Source of the DNA: Octopus vulgaris
Taxonomy: Eukaryota
Length of the DNA stretch: 64,000 nucleotides
NCBI GenBank assembly: GCA_951406725.2
Contig: OX597820.1
Location: 108,066,001 to 108,130,000 of the forward strand
Direction: 5' to 3'
Shown here: positions 52,031 to 63,498 of the stretch, one piece after another
How positions within the stretch are numbered: position 1 is the first letter of the stretch
Layout: each line of letters starts with the position of its first letter
The notes under the pieces: generated by a model
Databases searched by the model: none
What the model was told of the DNA's origin: nothing
The model's input: only the letters and a program-made list of their open reading frames with translations
Translations under genes and position numbers: made by a program

Positions 52031-52845
52031 ATGAGTGTGTCCAATTGTTAATTGGCTCGACAATCTGTCTGCAGGATTGGCGGGTTGAGTATTTGATGTA
52101 CTCTCAACATAATTCTTGGGTAGGATATGAATGATAAGGCTGGACTTTTGAATTCCAAGTACAATCCATCTGACAGGTTTCTATGTAGCTTTCATCTATC
52201 CCCATTTACTTGTAAGACTTGGGTCAATCTGAGGCTGTGGTGAAAGTGTCTGCCCACAGTACTGTGTAGTAGTGGGGTTTGAGCCTTAGACCTAATACCT
52301 GTATCCTCGTGATTGATGATATAAGTACTAGAAAATTATGATCATTCAAACTTTAACAGAAGCAGTGTTTACTCATGATATTTCTATTATATCATCTGCA
52401 ACTTCCAAGAGGGAGATTATTTGAAGTTGTACAACTTCATAGAAATAGCAACCAAATCTCCCTCAGTTCTAGCCTGCTCCTAACTTAAAGTAAACAGATG
52501 GATACATTGAATAATGTATTCCTAAATAGAATGGTCACAGCTAGAATGTCTTTGACCACAAGCCTGACAAGTGTCTAAACAACTATGCCATCAACAGCCT
52601 GGGATGGCAGCTGTACATGGTTGTTTGACCTGATGCTGAACAATGCCATGTGACAAATGTAACATGTAAAACACTGGATCACTATTCTGAAAGTTAATCC
52701 AATGATTTCTTTGGTTAATTTCCATACTTAATGCCTCTAAGTAGGCTGATCAGAATTTCCTGATTGAGAGGTTAGGGAATTAATGTGTCATGTGGTAATA
52801 ATTTTCCATTTCCATTTGTTTTCTTTTTCTTTATTATTTAAATAG

Positions 52846-52933
52846 GGTTTATCTGAAGACTCTGAGAATAAGATTAAGGAACTGTTGCGTGCTGTATCTG
52901 AACTGCAGAATCTTTTAAAAGAAGCATCAGAAG
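52846..52933 (+). CDS. TPR: TPR coding exon 10
   Basis: atag|GGT...G|gtaaag. Translates GLSEDSENKIKELLRAVSELQNLLKEASE (compare TPR [23 protein letters not shown]). Confidence 0.93.
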
Positions 52934-53216
52934 GTAAAGAGAACTTTAATATTACTCTACAAATCAAAAATGGTTTTAAAATAACTTAAATTCTGTGTTT
53001 GTGTGTATGTTTAAACAGTTTTGTAATTGTTCGGCTAGAGTGGATGAGCTTCACAATAGTATGTAAATTACTATCATATAAGCATAATTGATACTTCATG
53101 TTATGCCCTTATATTAAAGTAATTGTAGTTTCAAAATCTATTTTCGGTTTTATTTTGGTGAGTAAGTTCTATGGAATATTTTATTGCAAATAAAACAAAA
53201 TATTTTTTTTCTCTAG

Positions 53217-53285
53217 GACGAAGCAAACTAGAAGCGATGAAGGATATGGAAAAAAGCAAGTTTTTGCAGCAACTGGAAGAAAAAG
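53217..53285 (+). CDS. TPR: TPR coding exon 11
   Basis: ctctag|GA...G|gtaaag. Translates (G)RSKLEAMKDMEKSKFLQQLEEK. Confidence 0.85.
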
Positions 53286-53513
53286 GTAAAGTTCTGCTCA
53301 GCTTCCATTTTCCTTTCATTTCCTTTTACATGTATTTATGTATTTACCTGTGACCTGCCCTAGTTGTAATCAGTAGTCCAGAAATATTACTAAAGATGTT
53401 GGACTAACAAAATTAACTACCTTATTTTGAATTTTAAATTATTTCTTTGTACTTTATGACTAATTGCTTTTACTCATTTTTACTTCAGTATCCTTTAATC
53501 TGTTGTTTTGCAG

Positions 53514-53579
53514 ATAAAAAGACCAAAAATCTTGAAAATGAACTTCGTAATGCTAATGACCTTCTCTCAAAATCAAAAC
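53514..53579 (+). CDS. TPR: TPR coding exon 12
   Basis: ttgcag|AT...C|gtaagt. Translates (D)KKTKNLENELRNANDLLSKSK (compare TPR LEKELENANDLLS). Confidence 0.92.
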
Positions 53580-53819
53580 GTAAGTTGTCAAAATACCATT
53601 TTCTAAAACTTTACCAAATGTTTAGAATCTCTCATTTCTATACTTTTGTTGAAGTTTTTGTTGAACCCTGTTTCGATTAATTTTTAAAATAATGAAGGAA
53701 TTTGTAAAATAATTATCATTATCAATCTGGCATTTGGAACATAAATAAACAAGAAATTTTAGTAAAAGGTAGATTACTTTAAAACAAAAAGTTTACCTCA
53801 TAGAACTAGGGATGCTATC

Positions 53820-54118
53820 AAAAGGCTCAATCAGTGTCTTGATCTGATCGTCCTTTGAAGTGGTGGTGGGTCTGCCTGAGTGTTCTTCATCACTAAGGCT
53901 ACAATCACCAACTGTAAATTCAGTGAGCCAATTCCATACATAGGGATGCAAAATTTGCATAAAATAAGTAATTTTAAACTTTCTTTTTCGAGATAGTTTG
54001 AAATGTGTGCTAACTGGAAATATAGGCATATTCTATGTGTGAGTAAATTTGATGTGTTCTAATGTGTTGGAATATGAACGACTAAAAATAGGTACAAACT
54101 TTCTGGGCAACCCAACAT
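53820..54118 (-). mobile_element. Mariner remnant
   Basis: SLSDEEHSGRPTT peptide; TIR-like tatgttgggttgcccagaaagttt on the minus strand ending near 54118. Confidence 0.55.
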
Positions 54119-54159
54119 ATAAATGCAGCATTATGAATAGGTGTTGAAGCAGCCAATGA

Positions 54160-55350
54160 ATTGCTCAAACGTAGTTGTGATATGTCTTGACTTTGCAAAG
54201 GCCTTTGATTAGGTTGATCAGGGGATTATATATTAGAGATTCAGCGTAGTTGGAAAACTGGGAGTGTGGTTACATGACTTCTTAAAAAAAACAAGCCAGG
54301 CAGTGGTAGCCAACGGAGCTATTTCCAAGGAGACAGTAATGGAGAGTGGAGTGCCTCAGGGAACTTTCTTGGGAACACTGCTGTTTATGGTGGCTTTCAG
54401 ACATGCCATCAATTACACAGACAGCCACATTTACTAGCTATGCTGACAACACAAAAGTAGCACAAGCAGTCAAGGAGCTTTCCAGTGCTAATTTTTTACA
54501 GAAAGACCTAGATGTCATATATAAGTAGGCTAAGGAAAACAGTATGCAATTTAATGCAGGCAAATTCTAAGCCCTCCACTACCAGCTAAATGGTGCTCAG
54601 AAGCCACAACAACGATATTTTGAACCAAAAGGACTGGCAATCCCAGAATCACATACGGTAATATGAACAATGATGCCTTGTTTCACATGCATATCACTAA
54701 GATGGTGGCAATGTACAAGCAAATGGCTGGATTCTGAGAACCTTCAGAACAAGGGACCAGGCAACTAGGCTGGTTTTATGGAGGGCATTTGTCCTCAGCC
54801 GTCTGGACTACTGCTTTCAACAGTGTCAAATTAATAATGGAAGTTGAGGCAATTCAGCAGTGCTACACCAGGAAGATTGCATCAATGGAACAACTGAGCT
54901 ACTGAGAGTGACTGAAAGGGCTATGATTCCTTGGAGTGAAGATGGGAGAGGTGTGCAGTGATATACACATGGATGAGTTGGCACCAAACTTTGGTATCAA
55001 GATCTAAACTAATCCTGAACAGGATGTTACTGTCACTGTCTCAGCTATCAAAGTCTAGAGTGGGGACCATATACTGCTGTAGCTTAGGATTTAAGGGCCC
55101 ACAGCTATTTTATGCCTTATTAAAACATCTGATGGCTCTTCATGGAGTAGTGGTAGATATTTTCAAGAAACGATTGCCTGCTGTTCAAGGTCCCAGATGA
55201 CTCTACATCACAGCAAGAAACTCAAAAGAGAGCAGCTATGTCAAACTCCTAGCAAAACCCAATCGTGTAAGCAAGGCTATTGAAAAGGTGATTATATTGG
55301 CAATGCTCCTGCATGGCCACAACCTTCAGACTGAAACATATAAAAGAATA
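54160..55350 (+). mobile_element. Degraded CR1/L2-group LINE RT region
   Basis: LDFAKAFD, SGVPQGT and SYADNTKV, with many stops. Confidence 0.8.
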
Positions 55351-55379
55351 TGTATATATTTATGTGTGTGTAAGGTGAA

Positions 55380-56165
55380 TATGGCAATGAATTCAGGGTA
55401 CAAGTAGGGGTTCACTGAGGCTCAGTTCTTAGCCCCTCTTGTTCAACATAATCCACCAGGCAGTAACAGAGGAATTTAAGATGTGCTGCTCCTGGGAACC
55501 CTAGACACAAAATTTTGGATGTGAAAGCAAGGTCTAGAATCAGAGTTGATTTAACAAAAACCAAAGTCTTAGTAAGTAAGAAAGGAGACAAATTACAAAT
55601 CGCTTTAGGTAGATGACCCTGCTTGATCTGCAGAAAAGGCGTAGGTTGAATCTCCATAAGCTGTACTCGGTGTAAGTTAATGACACATAAGAGGTGCAGC
55701 AATATCAGGAAGGTTAACAGGGAAACTAGTTTTTTTTTGTGTGTGAAAAGTGCACAGGTACAATTAACACTAAAAACGTACAGCAAACAGAATCCATCAA
55801 ATGCCAGGGAGGAAAGCTAGAAGTAGTTGATAGCTTCTGTTATCTAGGTGACCAAGTCAGTAGTAGAGGTGGATACTCCGAGTTATAGCTGCTAGAATAA
55901 GAGGCTGGACAAAATTCAGAGAGCTCCTGCCTCTGTTGGAAACAAAGGGCCTCTCTTTCAAAGTGAAAGGCAGACTGTATGATGCCTGTGTGTGAACAGC
56001 TAAGCTACATGGCAGTGAAAACATGGGCTATGACTGCCAAGGACATGCGTGGGCTTGAAAGAAATGAAGTTAGTATACTTCACTGGGTGTGCAATGTCAG
56101 TGTGCATGTATGACAGAGTGTAAGCGTCTTAAGAGAAAAGTTGGGCATAAGAGGCATCAGATGTA
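55380..56165 (+). mobile_element. Degraded RTE family A ORF fragment
   Basis: GSVLSP, remnant of the Cys finger, YLGDQVSS and VKGRLYDACV. Confidence 0.8.
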
Positions 56166-56169
56166 TATA

Positions 56170-56225
<56 letters not shown>

Positions 56226-56228
<3 letters not shown>

Positions 56229-56795
56229 TGGCCCCGTGTCGGTGGCACGTAAAAGCACCATCCGTTTGTGTCTGTTGCCAGCATCGGCTGGCCCCCGTGC
56301 CGGTGACACGTAAAAGCACCGTCTGCTCGTGGCCGTTTGCCAGCTCTGTCTGGCAACCGTGTCGGTGGCACGTAAAAGCACCATCCGTTAGCGTCCGTTG
56401 CCAGCCGAGGCTGGCCCCCGTGCCGGTGACACGTAAAAGCACTGTCCGTTCGTGGCCGTTTGCCAGCTCTGTCTGGCAACTGTGTCGGTGGCACGTAAAA
56501 GCACCATCCGTTCGTGTCCGTTGCCAGCATCGTCTGGCCCCATGCCGGTGACACGTAAAAGCACCATCCGTTCGTGGCCGTTCGCCAGCTCTGTCTGGCA
56601 CCTGTGCAGGTGGCACGTAAAAACATCCACTACACTCGCGGAGTGGTTGGCGTTAGGAAGGGCATCCAGCCGTAGAAACACTGCCAGATCTGACTGGGCC
56701 TGACGAAGCCTTCCAGCTTCACAGACCCCAGTTGACCCGTCCAACCCATGCTAGCATGGAAAGCAGACGCTAAACGATGATGATGATGATGATGA
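56226..56795 (+). mobile_element. RTE family A 3' region with alternating two-unit tandem repeats
   Basis: cacgtaaaagcacc core roughly every 59 bp over 56240-56620, alternating gtggcac and gtgacac variants; (gat)n tail. Confidence 0.9.
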
Positions 56796-57439
56796 TATAT
56801 ATAGTGCGCTCTTGCTTATTCACTGAACTAACAATTATTCATGGAAAGCATCACCTATTTGTGTAATCATAAATGTTCTCCACGATTTTTTCATGGCAAT
56901 ATATACTTTTGCACACTTTTTAAAGTTAAACTAAATAATAATATACTGTATTTGCCAGTTTACTGGCCGCCCCATCGCAGCTGAAGGTCCCTCTGATTAG
57001 ATTAACCATGCATCACATCGCTTGATTTTTTTTTAGACACAACTACATTGTATCTTGTATCTTTTATTCCTGCTTTCAATCAAAGCTTGCTAATTTGTAT
57101 AGCAACTACTAGCCCTTTTTTTTTTAAATTGTCACTACATTTGATCATGCACATTATTTATTTCAACAGAATAATTTTTAAGGTTGTGAGCCAGTATAGC
57201 CTCATTCAAATTAGGTTACTTGCTGGTCCTTCCCCCTCTCTCTCTATAGATGACTATCTAGTGGTAATACAAACTAAGTTTTTCAAAACCATGATTATTT
57301 TTAATCTCTGCACAATCTCCCATTTGTAGTATTAAAGGGAATGAAGATTTTTTTGGAGGTTTTTTTTGGGGGGGGGAAAAACTACAACAAGTAGCTGTCT
57401 CCAGTATTTTGTTGAGTGCTGTGTTTGTCACAGTCTGTT

Positions 57440-58140
57440 ATTAAAGCCCTAAGATGCCGCCCAAATGCCCTACACCTTCTAAGGCTTCTGGCAGTGAATC
57501 TAAGTGCCAGAAAAAGGTTATGACGCTCTATGTGAAGGCACAACTGCTGGATATGTTCCAGGAAGGTAAAAATTATGTTGCAGTAGGTTGCTATTATGTT
57601 GTCAAAGAAAGCATCATACACTACATAAAAAAGAACGAGGTGGCAATCAGGATACATTAGCAGTAAGTTTATGTGAAAGTGCCAAAAAGATAATGATGTA
57701 AGAAATTATCACTTCCTCAGGATGGAATCTGCCTTGGGATTGTGGATCAATGACTGCAAGAAGAAAAACATCCTCTTGAGCAGTAACATCATCCGCGAGA
57801 AAGTGTGGAAATTATAGCAGCAATTCAACAGACGAGACAGAGCAGAAAGCACTGAAGAACCACAACCAAGATCATTGGCAGATTGGAGCTCAAAGGTTTT
57901 CAAACCAGCAAGGGATGGTTTGGCTGTTTCCAGAAACGGTTTAAAATAAAGTGTTTCCTTTCATTGAAAAACAGCATCAGCCAACAAAAAAGCTGCTGAG
58001 AAGTACCCTGGGACATTCAGGTAGATCATTGAGGACAAGGGATACAAGGCAAAACAGGTTTTCGGTATGGATGAGGCAGGCTTGTTTGGGAAGAAGATGC
58101 CTTGCAGAACATATATCATGAAGGACAAAGCCAGAGCCCC
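57440..58140 (+). mobile_element. pogo/Tigger-type transposase remnant
   Basis: MPPKCP...KKVMTLYVKAQLLD (CENP-B-like HTH), FQTSKGWF..FQKRF and QVFGMDEAGLFGKKMPCRTYI. Confidence 0.85.
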
Positions 58141-58141
58141 A

Positions 58142-58735
58142 AAATTTCTAAATCTCTCATAGAGATATGTACGGTGGTGGGGCGATAGAATGGTGGTATA
58201 CTGTCAATCTAACGTGAACGTGACAGTAGGGGATTACACCACCGCTGTTTAGCCCTAGGAAGCATCGTAAATGTATATAAGGACACAGGAATAATGTGTC
58301 GAAGCCATCAGGAAGCGTTGATGCTTCCTAGGGCTAAACAGCGGTGGTGTACCCCCTACTGTCACATTCGTGTTAGATTGACAGTATACAACCATTCTAT
58401 TGCCCCACCACCATACATATCTCTATGAGATATTTAGAAATTTAATATTTCTGATTTTGGTAATCAGTGAATAAACTTCACTGAAAATTAGATATATACA
58501 TTTGCGAATCGGAACAGATATCCACGGCTGACGGGCGTCTGCTACTCTAGACAGATGAAGGACAATGATCCTGAAACATGCGTGTCTCTAGATGCAGGCC
58601 TGGCTGCTGGGAGTGTTTGTCTCCCCTTCGTAAATGTATATGACACAGGAATAATGTGTCGAAGCCATCAGGAAGCGGTGGTGTAACCCCCCTACTGTCA
58701 CGTTCATGTTAGATTGACAGTATACAACCATTCTA
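58142..58735 (+). mobile_element. Non-coding Penelope-like or retrozyme-like module: inverted arm, ~364-nt unit with a hammerhead-like motif, direct repeat
   Basis: 58142-58266 is inverted relative to 58320-58443. 58265-58400 is directly repeated at 58629-58735. Motif at 58539-58597. Confidence 0.7.
58539..58597 (+). ncRNA. Type I hammerhead ribozyme-like motif with one core mismatch
   Basis: ctgc-tac-tctaga CAGATGA agga-caatga-tcct GAAAC atgcgt GTC tctaga-t-gcag. Confidence 0.6.
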
Positions 58736-58767
58736 TATATGTATATCTATATATATATATATATATA

Positions 58768-59970
58768 TGTTGGTAAAAACGGTAAGATAACAAAAGAAAG
58801 AAAGAGACCTCAATATTATGTAAATAGAGGAAATTTATCTGTAAATTAATATGTTACCATTATTTAATAGCCAAGATAAAACTCTGAGTTTCGGATGCCA
58901 AAGTGGAAATCCACAACACCATCTCTTCAGTTATCTGGCCATCTGAAAAACGCTCTGAAAAAATACTGTTATTCAAAGGGAAATTACTGTGTTATAATTC
59001 CGCCACTTATATAAATTAAGGTTAAACACGTAAGCATTGCTACTCATACTCACATTTGCGCTCGCGGACCCACGTGCATACGTATACGTCACTATGAAAA
59101 CGTACACATCTTCACTCGCATTTTTCGCCAAATGTATATGCATATATATACAAACTCATACACACACACCCTAAAGGTTCATACATACGTCTATATATGC
59201 ACAAGCACAAGAAAAAACTTGGTTAAAGGTAACAATACAGAAAAAAAACAACAATACTGAAAAAACGTAAGGTAGTATACAAAGTGTAAAACCACGTTCA
59301 TATACGGACATGCCTTTATGCACGCATACACACATGCCCATATATGTACATACCCGCACATGTTTATATACGCATACACAAAAATAAAATTATACATACG
59401 CCCAAAAAAAACCCGGAAAAATTGTAAAAATACTAAGTAAAAACGTTTATATATACATGTATTCTTATGCCCGCACACATCTATATACATACACACCCGC
59501 CCACTCATACATATTCACACACGTGTACAAATGATTCTATATACACGTCTATATAGGCACAGGAAAAAAATGCAGGATAGAAAAGTACAGAATAAATTAT
59601 TATGTGTAAAAATATAAAAATATATGAAAAAATAAAAGGTACAATGAGATAAAAAAAACTTTTTTTGACATAATATAGAAAGCAAGTTCTATCTGTATTC
59701 TTGTGGGGATTAAAAACGTAACAAAAATTTTGTCACGTGTGGGCATGATCCGAAAAGTTCTGTCCTTGAGTTTAGACATGTTTTAGGCACTGGAACAAAA
59801 GAAAAGCGACAAAATTATCCAATCATATTTGGTCATTAAAAGATAAATGTGTCAATTACAACATCCATTGGAAGATTTTGGCCAAATGTAATCCCTACAC
59901 CAATGGCAGCGGAAAGTGCAGTCTATGCGACATTGAGAGATGGCTTATCTGGAAAAGCAGCTTAGACCCT
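58768..59970. mobile_element. Penelope-like element 3' end with an inverted GIY-YIG segment
   Basis: Plus strand about 59810-59970 reads LSNHIWSLKDKCVNYNIHWKILAKCNPYTNGSGKCSLCDIERWLI. Minus strand about 59776-59710 reads LNSRTELFGSCPHVTKFLLRF*, then a 3' region with a hammerhead-like motif. Confidence 0.8.
58870..58939 (-). ncRNA. Type I hammerhead ribozyme-like motif
   Basis: Minus strand: gcca-gataa CTGAAGA [gatggtgttgtggatttccactttggcatcc] GAAAC tcaga GTT ttatc-ttggc. Confidence 0.6.
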
Positions 59971-60469
59971 ACTATAGTCTGGATAGTTATTGATCAGACC
60001 TCATACATACGATTCCCTGTAAAGACATTGGACTCTAAGTTTGAATCTTTTGAGTACTGCTGTCTTCTATATGGAGATATTTGGATCTCATCTGTGGACT
60101 ATATATATATATGTTTGTGTGTGTGGATGAAAGTGGTAAGTCTATAAGTGTAGACTCTGAGTCAGAGAACAAAATTGGAGAGAGCACTCCTCCTTTTTGT
60201 TTAAGACCTTGGATGGGGGATTTCTTTGATTGATGATAGAAGCTCTCCTGTGTCAAAAAGGTTGCATCATTGTCATTTTTCTTTTTCTTTTTTACTGATG
60301 TATTATATATACTTTTCTTTTGTTGATATTGTATACCATGTACAGTTCTATTTTAATTTTTTCTTCATATCATTCCTATGTTTGCTTTTGTATTGTCTCC
60401 TTCACCTGTCACTCTGGTGGCAGACAGGAGAAATCATTATTTTTATTACTGTTGTTTATTTATCTCTAG

Positions 60470-60567
60470 TGTGTGGTACAGAAATGTCTGCTGAAAGTAT
60501 AGCATCAGTTTCGCCTACAGCTGCAGCAACGAGTAAACTACTCAAGTCTGGTATGACACTGACACAG
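60470..60567 (+). CDS. TPR: TPR coding exon 13
   Basis: ctctag|TG...CAG|gtaact. Translates (L)CGTEMSAESIASVSPTAAATSKLLKSGMTLTQ, the hallmark TPR/Mlp SPTAAA...GMxLT motif. Confidence 0.95.
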
Positions 60568-61168
60568 GTAACTTCCATCTCTCTTCTTTCTGCTGTTTTT
60601 TATTTTGTTTTTGTTCATGCCAGGTTTAACTTGAGTGGATTATAACAGCAGTGATAATGATGATTATGAATTGAATACTGAAGAATACTAAGTGGTGGTT
60701 ATCATTATTAACATGGTTCAAGCAATATTTTAATATAATTTGTGTGCAAATATTTTCACTTCCCCAAAAGACAAAACAAAATAAAAATAGGAATAGTAAG
60801 GACATTTACAATGTTTACCAAAAAGAAAAAAAATCTTTACTCCTTATCGAATGAGAAGTCATCCAAAATTGAAAAAAGAGTTTCTCATCATTACTGCACG
60901 AATAAGTTTTGAACAAATTTGTTAATTATTTTCATGATTTAAAAAAAAAAAAAATTTTTTAATCTGGAACATACTCATGGCTGTGTGGTGAAGAAGTTTT
61001 CTCTATGACCGCATAGTTCCAAGTTTGATACCACTGCAATACAAACATAGACTCAAACACATGCATGCATGCACCCTTCCCCTTAAGGTTGTGTGTACCT
61101 ATTTTGTTTTGGACAATTGATTGTTGTGACCAGTTTTCACTATATTTTCTTTTGCATTCCATTGTTAG

Positions 61169-61366
61169 ATCTACAGTGAATATGTTCAAGCCATTGAAGA
61201 ACTACAGCTAGAGAAGGAAGAAAACAAAAGGTTGAAGAGTTACTTGGATCAGATTATGCAAGAAATTGAAGAAAAAGCCCCTATCTTAAGGCAGCAGCGA
61301 GAAGATTATGAGCAAGCCTTACATACCATAACACAGCTTACACACAAATTGGATACTGCTATGTTG
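61169..61366 (+). CDS. TPR: TPR coding exon 14 (gene continues beyond the window)
   Basis: ttag|ATC...TTG|gtaagt. Translates IYSEYVQAIEELQLEKEENKRLKSYLDQIMQEIEEKAPILRQQREDYEQALHTITQLTHKLDTAML (compare TPR [31 protein letters not shown]). Confidence 0.96.
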
Positions 61367-61669
61367 GTAAGTTGTTAGTGATGATAATATTGCAATAACT
61401 GGAGTTTGTAAATTATAAATATGTTGTAAGAGTTTGTAAGTTATAAATATGTTTGAAACCCTTTTATATTGCTGTTTGGAGGAATTATTGAAAGGGGTTC
61501 AAAAGAACCATACCACATTGTCGTCACACAGGTTAACAAGGGACAGACATATTCAAAGGGGTCCGTTCAATAAATATATTGCAGTCTCCACCAAATACTG
61601 GTACAACCAGCAATAAGCTTGCAACTTCTTGAAGGTGTGGGATGGAACACAAAGGACCCTGATACAAGT

Positions 61670-62260
61670 TCAGAGAGAACTGTTAAGGAGAATTTTAAAT
61701 ATCTTGGGACTATATTCCTGAATGACAGAAGGCGGGAGGCTGAATTGGATGCTAGAATTGCAGGCGCTGGCACAGTAATGCACCAGTTACAGCATTTGAT
61801 CCTCAGAAGAGGAGAGGTTGGCAAAAGAAATGAACTAACTCTCTTCAATTTGGTTTTCATGCCTATCCTCATCTATCATTATGAATGTTGGGTCATCACT
61901 GAAAGAGTACAGTTCTGAATACGAGTGATTGAAATAGGTTTCTACTCAATGATCTCTACAGTAACATTACTTGATAGAGTGTATAGCTTGGAGATCAGGA
62001 AGTTTCTCCAGGTTGAGCTACTACTTCTCTGCATTTGAGAGGTCATAGCTCCGGTACTACAGGCATGATCAGAATGTTGGAGGTAAGAAGTGCCTGACAG
62101 ATTCTTCAAGCTGAGCTAACCAGCAGGAAACCTAGGGATGGATCAAGAATGAGTTGCTTGGATTATCTCCATGGTCTGTGTTAGTCACACTTGGGAATCC
62201 AGTTAGAAACTGCAATGCCGGTTGCTTCTGATAGGACCCTATGGATGATGTGCCTGAGGG
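61670..62260 (+). mobile_element. Degraded RTE-like LINE 3' fragment
   Basis: ENFKYLGTIF...ELDARIAGA...FMPILIYHYECW. Confidence 0.7.
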
Positions 62261-62724
62261 CACAACCTTCCCAGGAACAGTAGGAGGAGAAGATGAATGG
62301 ATTATGTTTTCTTTTGAGTTTTCTGTACAGGCCTTATATATGCTATATATACAAGCTATTCACAATTTACTGGATCCCCTTAAACTGACATGTGTGTATG
62401 TTTGTGTGCACCATTCTCTTGACATGACTTGATGTTGTAAACGAGCATCACTATCATAAAGTGATATTGTTTCCAGTCTTGTGAAAAACATCAGGCCACG
62501 GAAATATTACGTTGGTTGGAAACAGGTGAAGCTTAGTATAAGGAGGAGCACCTGGCCATGAGAAATCTACCCCGATAAATTGCGCAGTCTCATGTTAGCA
62601 TGGAAAAGTGGACATTAAATAATGACAGTGATGAGGTATGATGACTAAAATACATTGTATAGGAGAACAAATAAGTAACCCTCAATCTTATGCTGTATCC
62701 TTTGGATGAAAAATTACTTATTTT

Positions 62725-63498
62725 ATACAGAGTGCATGAGGTATTTGTGACATACCTTTTTTGGGTTATTGTTGCATTTTTTGCTAACTCTGTATAATCT
62801 TTGTTTCAGAAAATAATAATGGCAGACCCTCAGCTTACTCAAAAAATGAAGAGGCATGCTGTTATTGTGGTCATAAGGGCTGAGCATAACGATTTAGAAA
62901 TATCTCTATTCTGGAAAGTTGCCAAATCTTTAGTGTATAAAGTTTGTAAGGAGCTAGAGACAGAAGATGGAAACGTATTATCAGAACACCCGAGTTTATC
63001 CAGCAAGTTCAACAAACCATTGATTACATTCCCAGAAAGTCCATGAGGTCAATTGCAAAAGATCTCCATGTGTCAGAAGGAACAGTCACAAATGTTGTCT
63101 ACGAAGACATCAGATATAAGTCTCATGATGAGGAAAGGTCAATTTGTCAGAAAAAGCAAAAGAAAATCACTACGTCAGATCTAAAAGGCTCTTAAGCAAA
63201 TTGAAAAATCCAGAAGAAGATTTGATTTGATTTTTCTCAAACGGGAAAAACTTCAACCACGATGAGAAAGTTAACAAAAGAAATGACAGATGGTTATGTG
63301 CAGACCCTTCTGAAGTTCCAAGTGTTATGCATACAAAATTTCCTGCAACTGTCATAGTTTTAGGGGTTGTCAACAATGAAGGACATGTGATGCCTTTTCT
63401 TTCCACAAGGCCTTAGAGTTAACTCTGCTGCCTACATTGAGGTTCTGGAGATAATTATTAAGCCCTGAATAGACAGTGTATGTAATAGAAGGCCATAT
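62725..63498 (+). mobile_element. Tc1/mariner-superfamily (maT/DD37D-like) transposase remnant, truncated by an RTE insertion
   Basis: MKRHAVIV...KVAKSLVYKV (HTH), KNFNHDEKVNKRNDRW and MHTKFPATVIVLGVVNNEGHVMP. Confidence 0.8.

Noticed and set aside
57454-58140. Domesticated TIGD/CENP-B-like host gene
   Set aside because: Multiple stops and frameshifts, and truncation by the foldback element, indicate a dead transposon.
60226-60645. 139-aa ORF as a stand-alone membrane protein
   Set aside because: Only 60470-60567 is TPR exon 13; the hydrophobic flanks are T-rich intron sequence.
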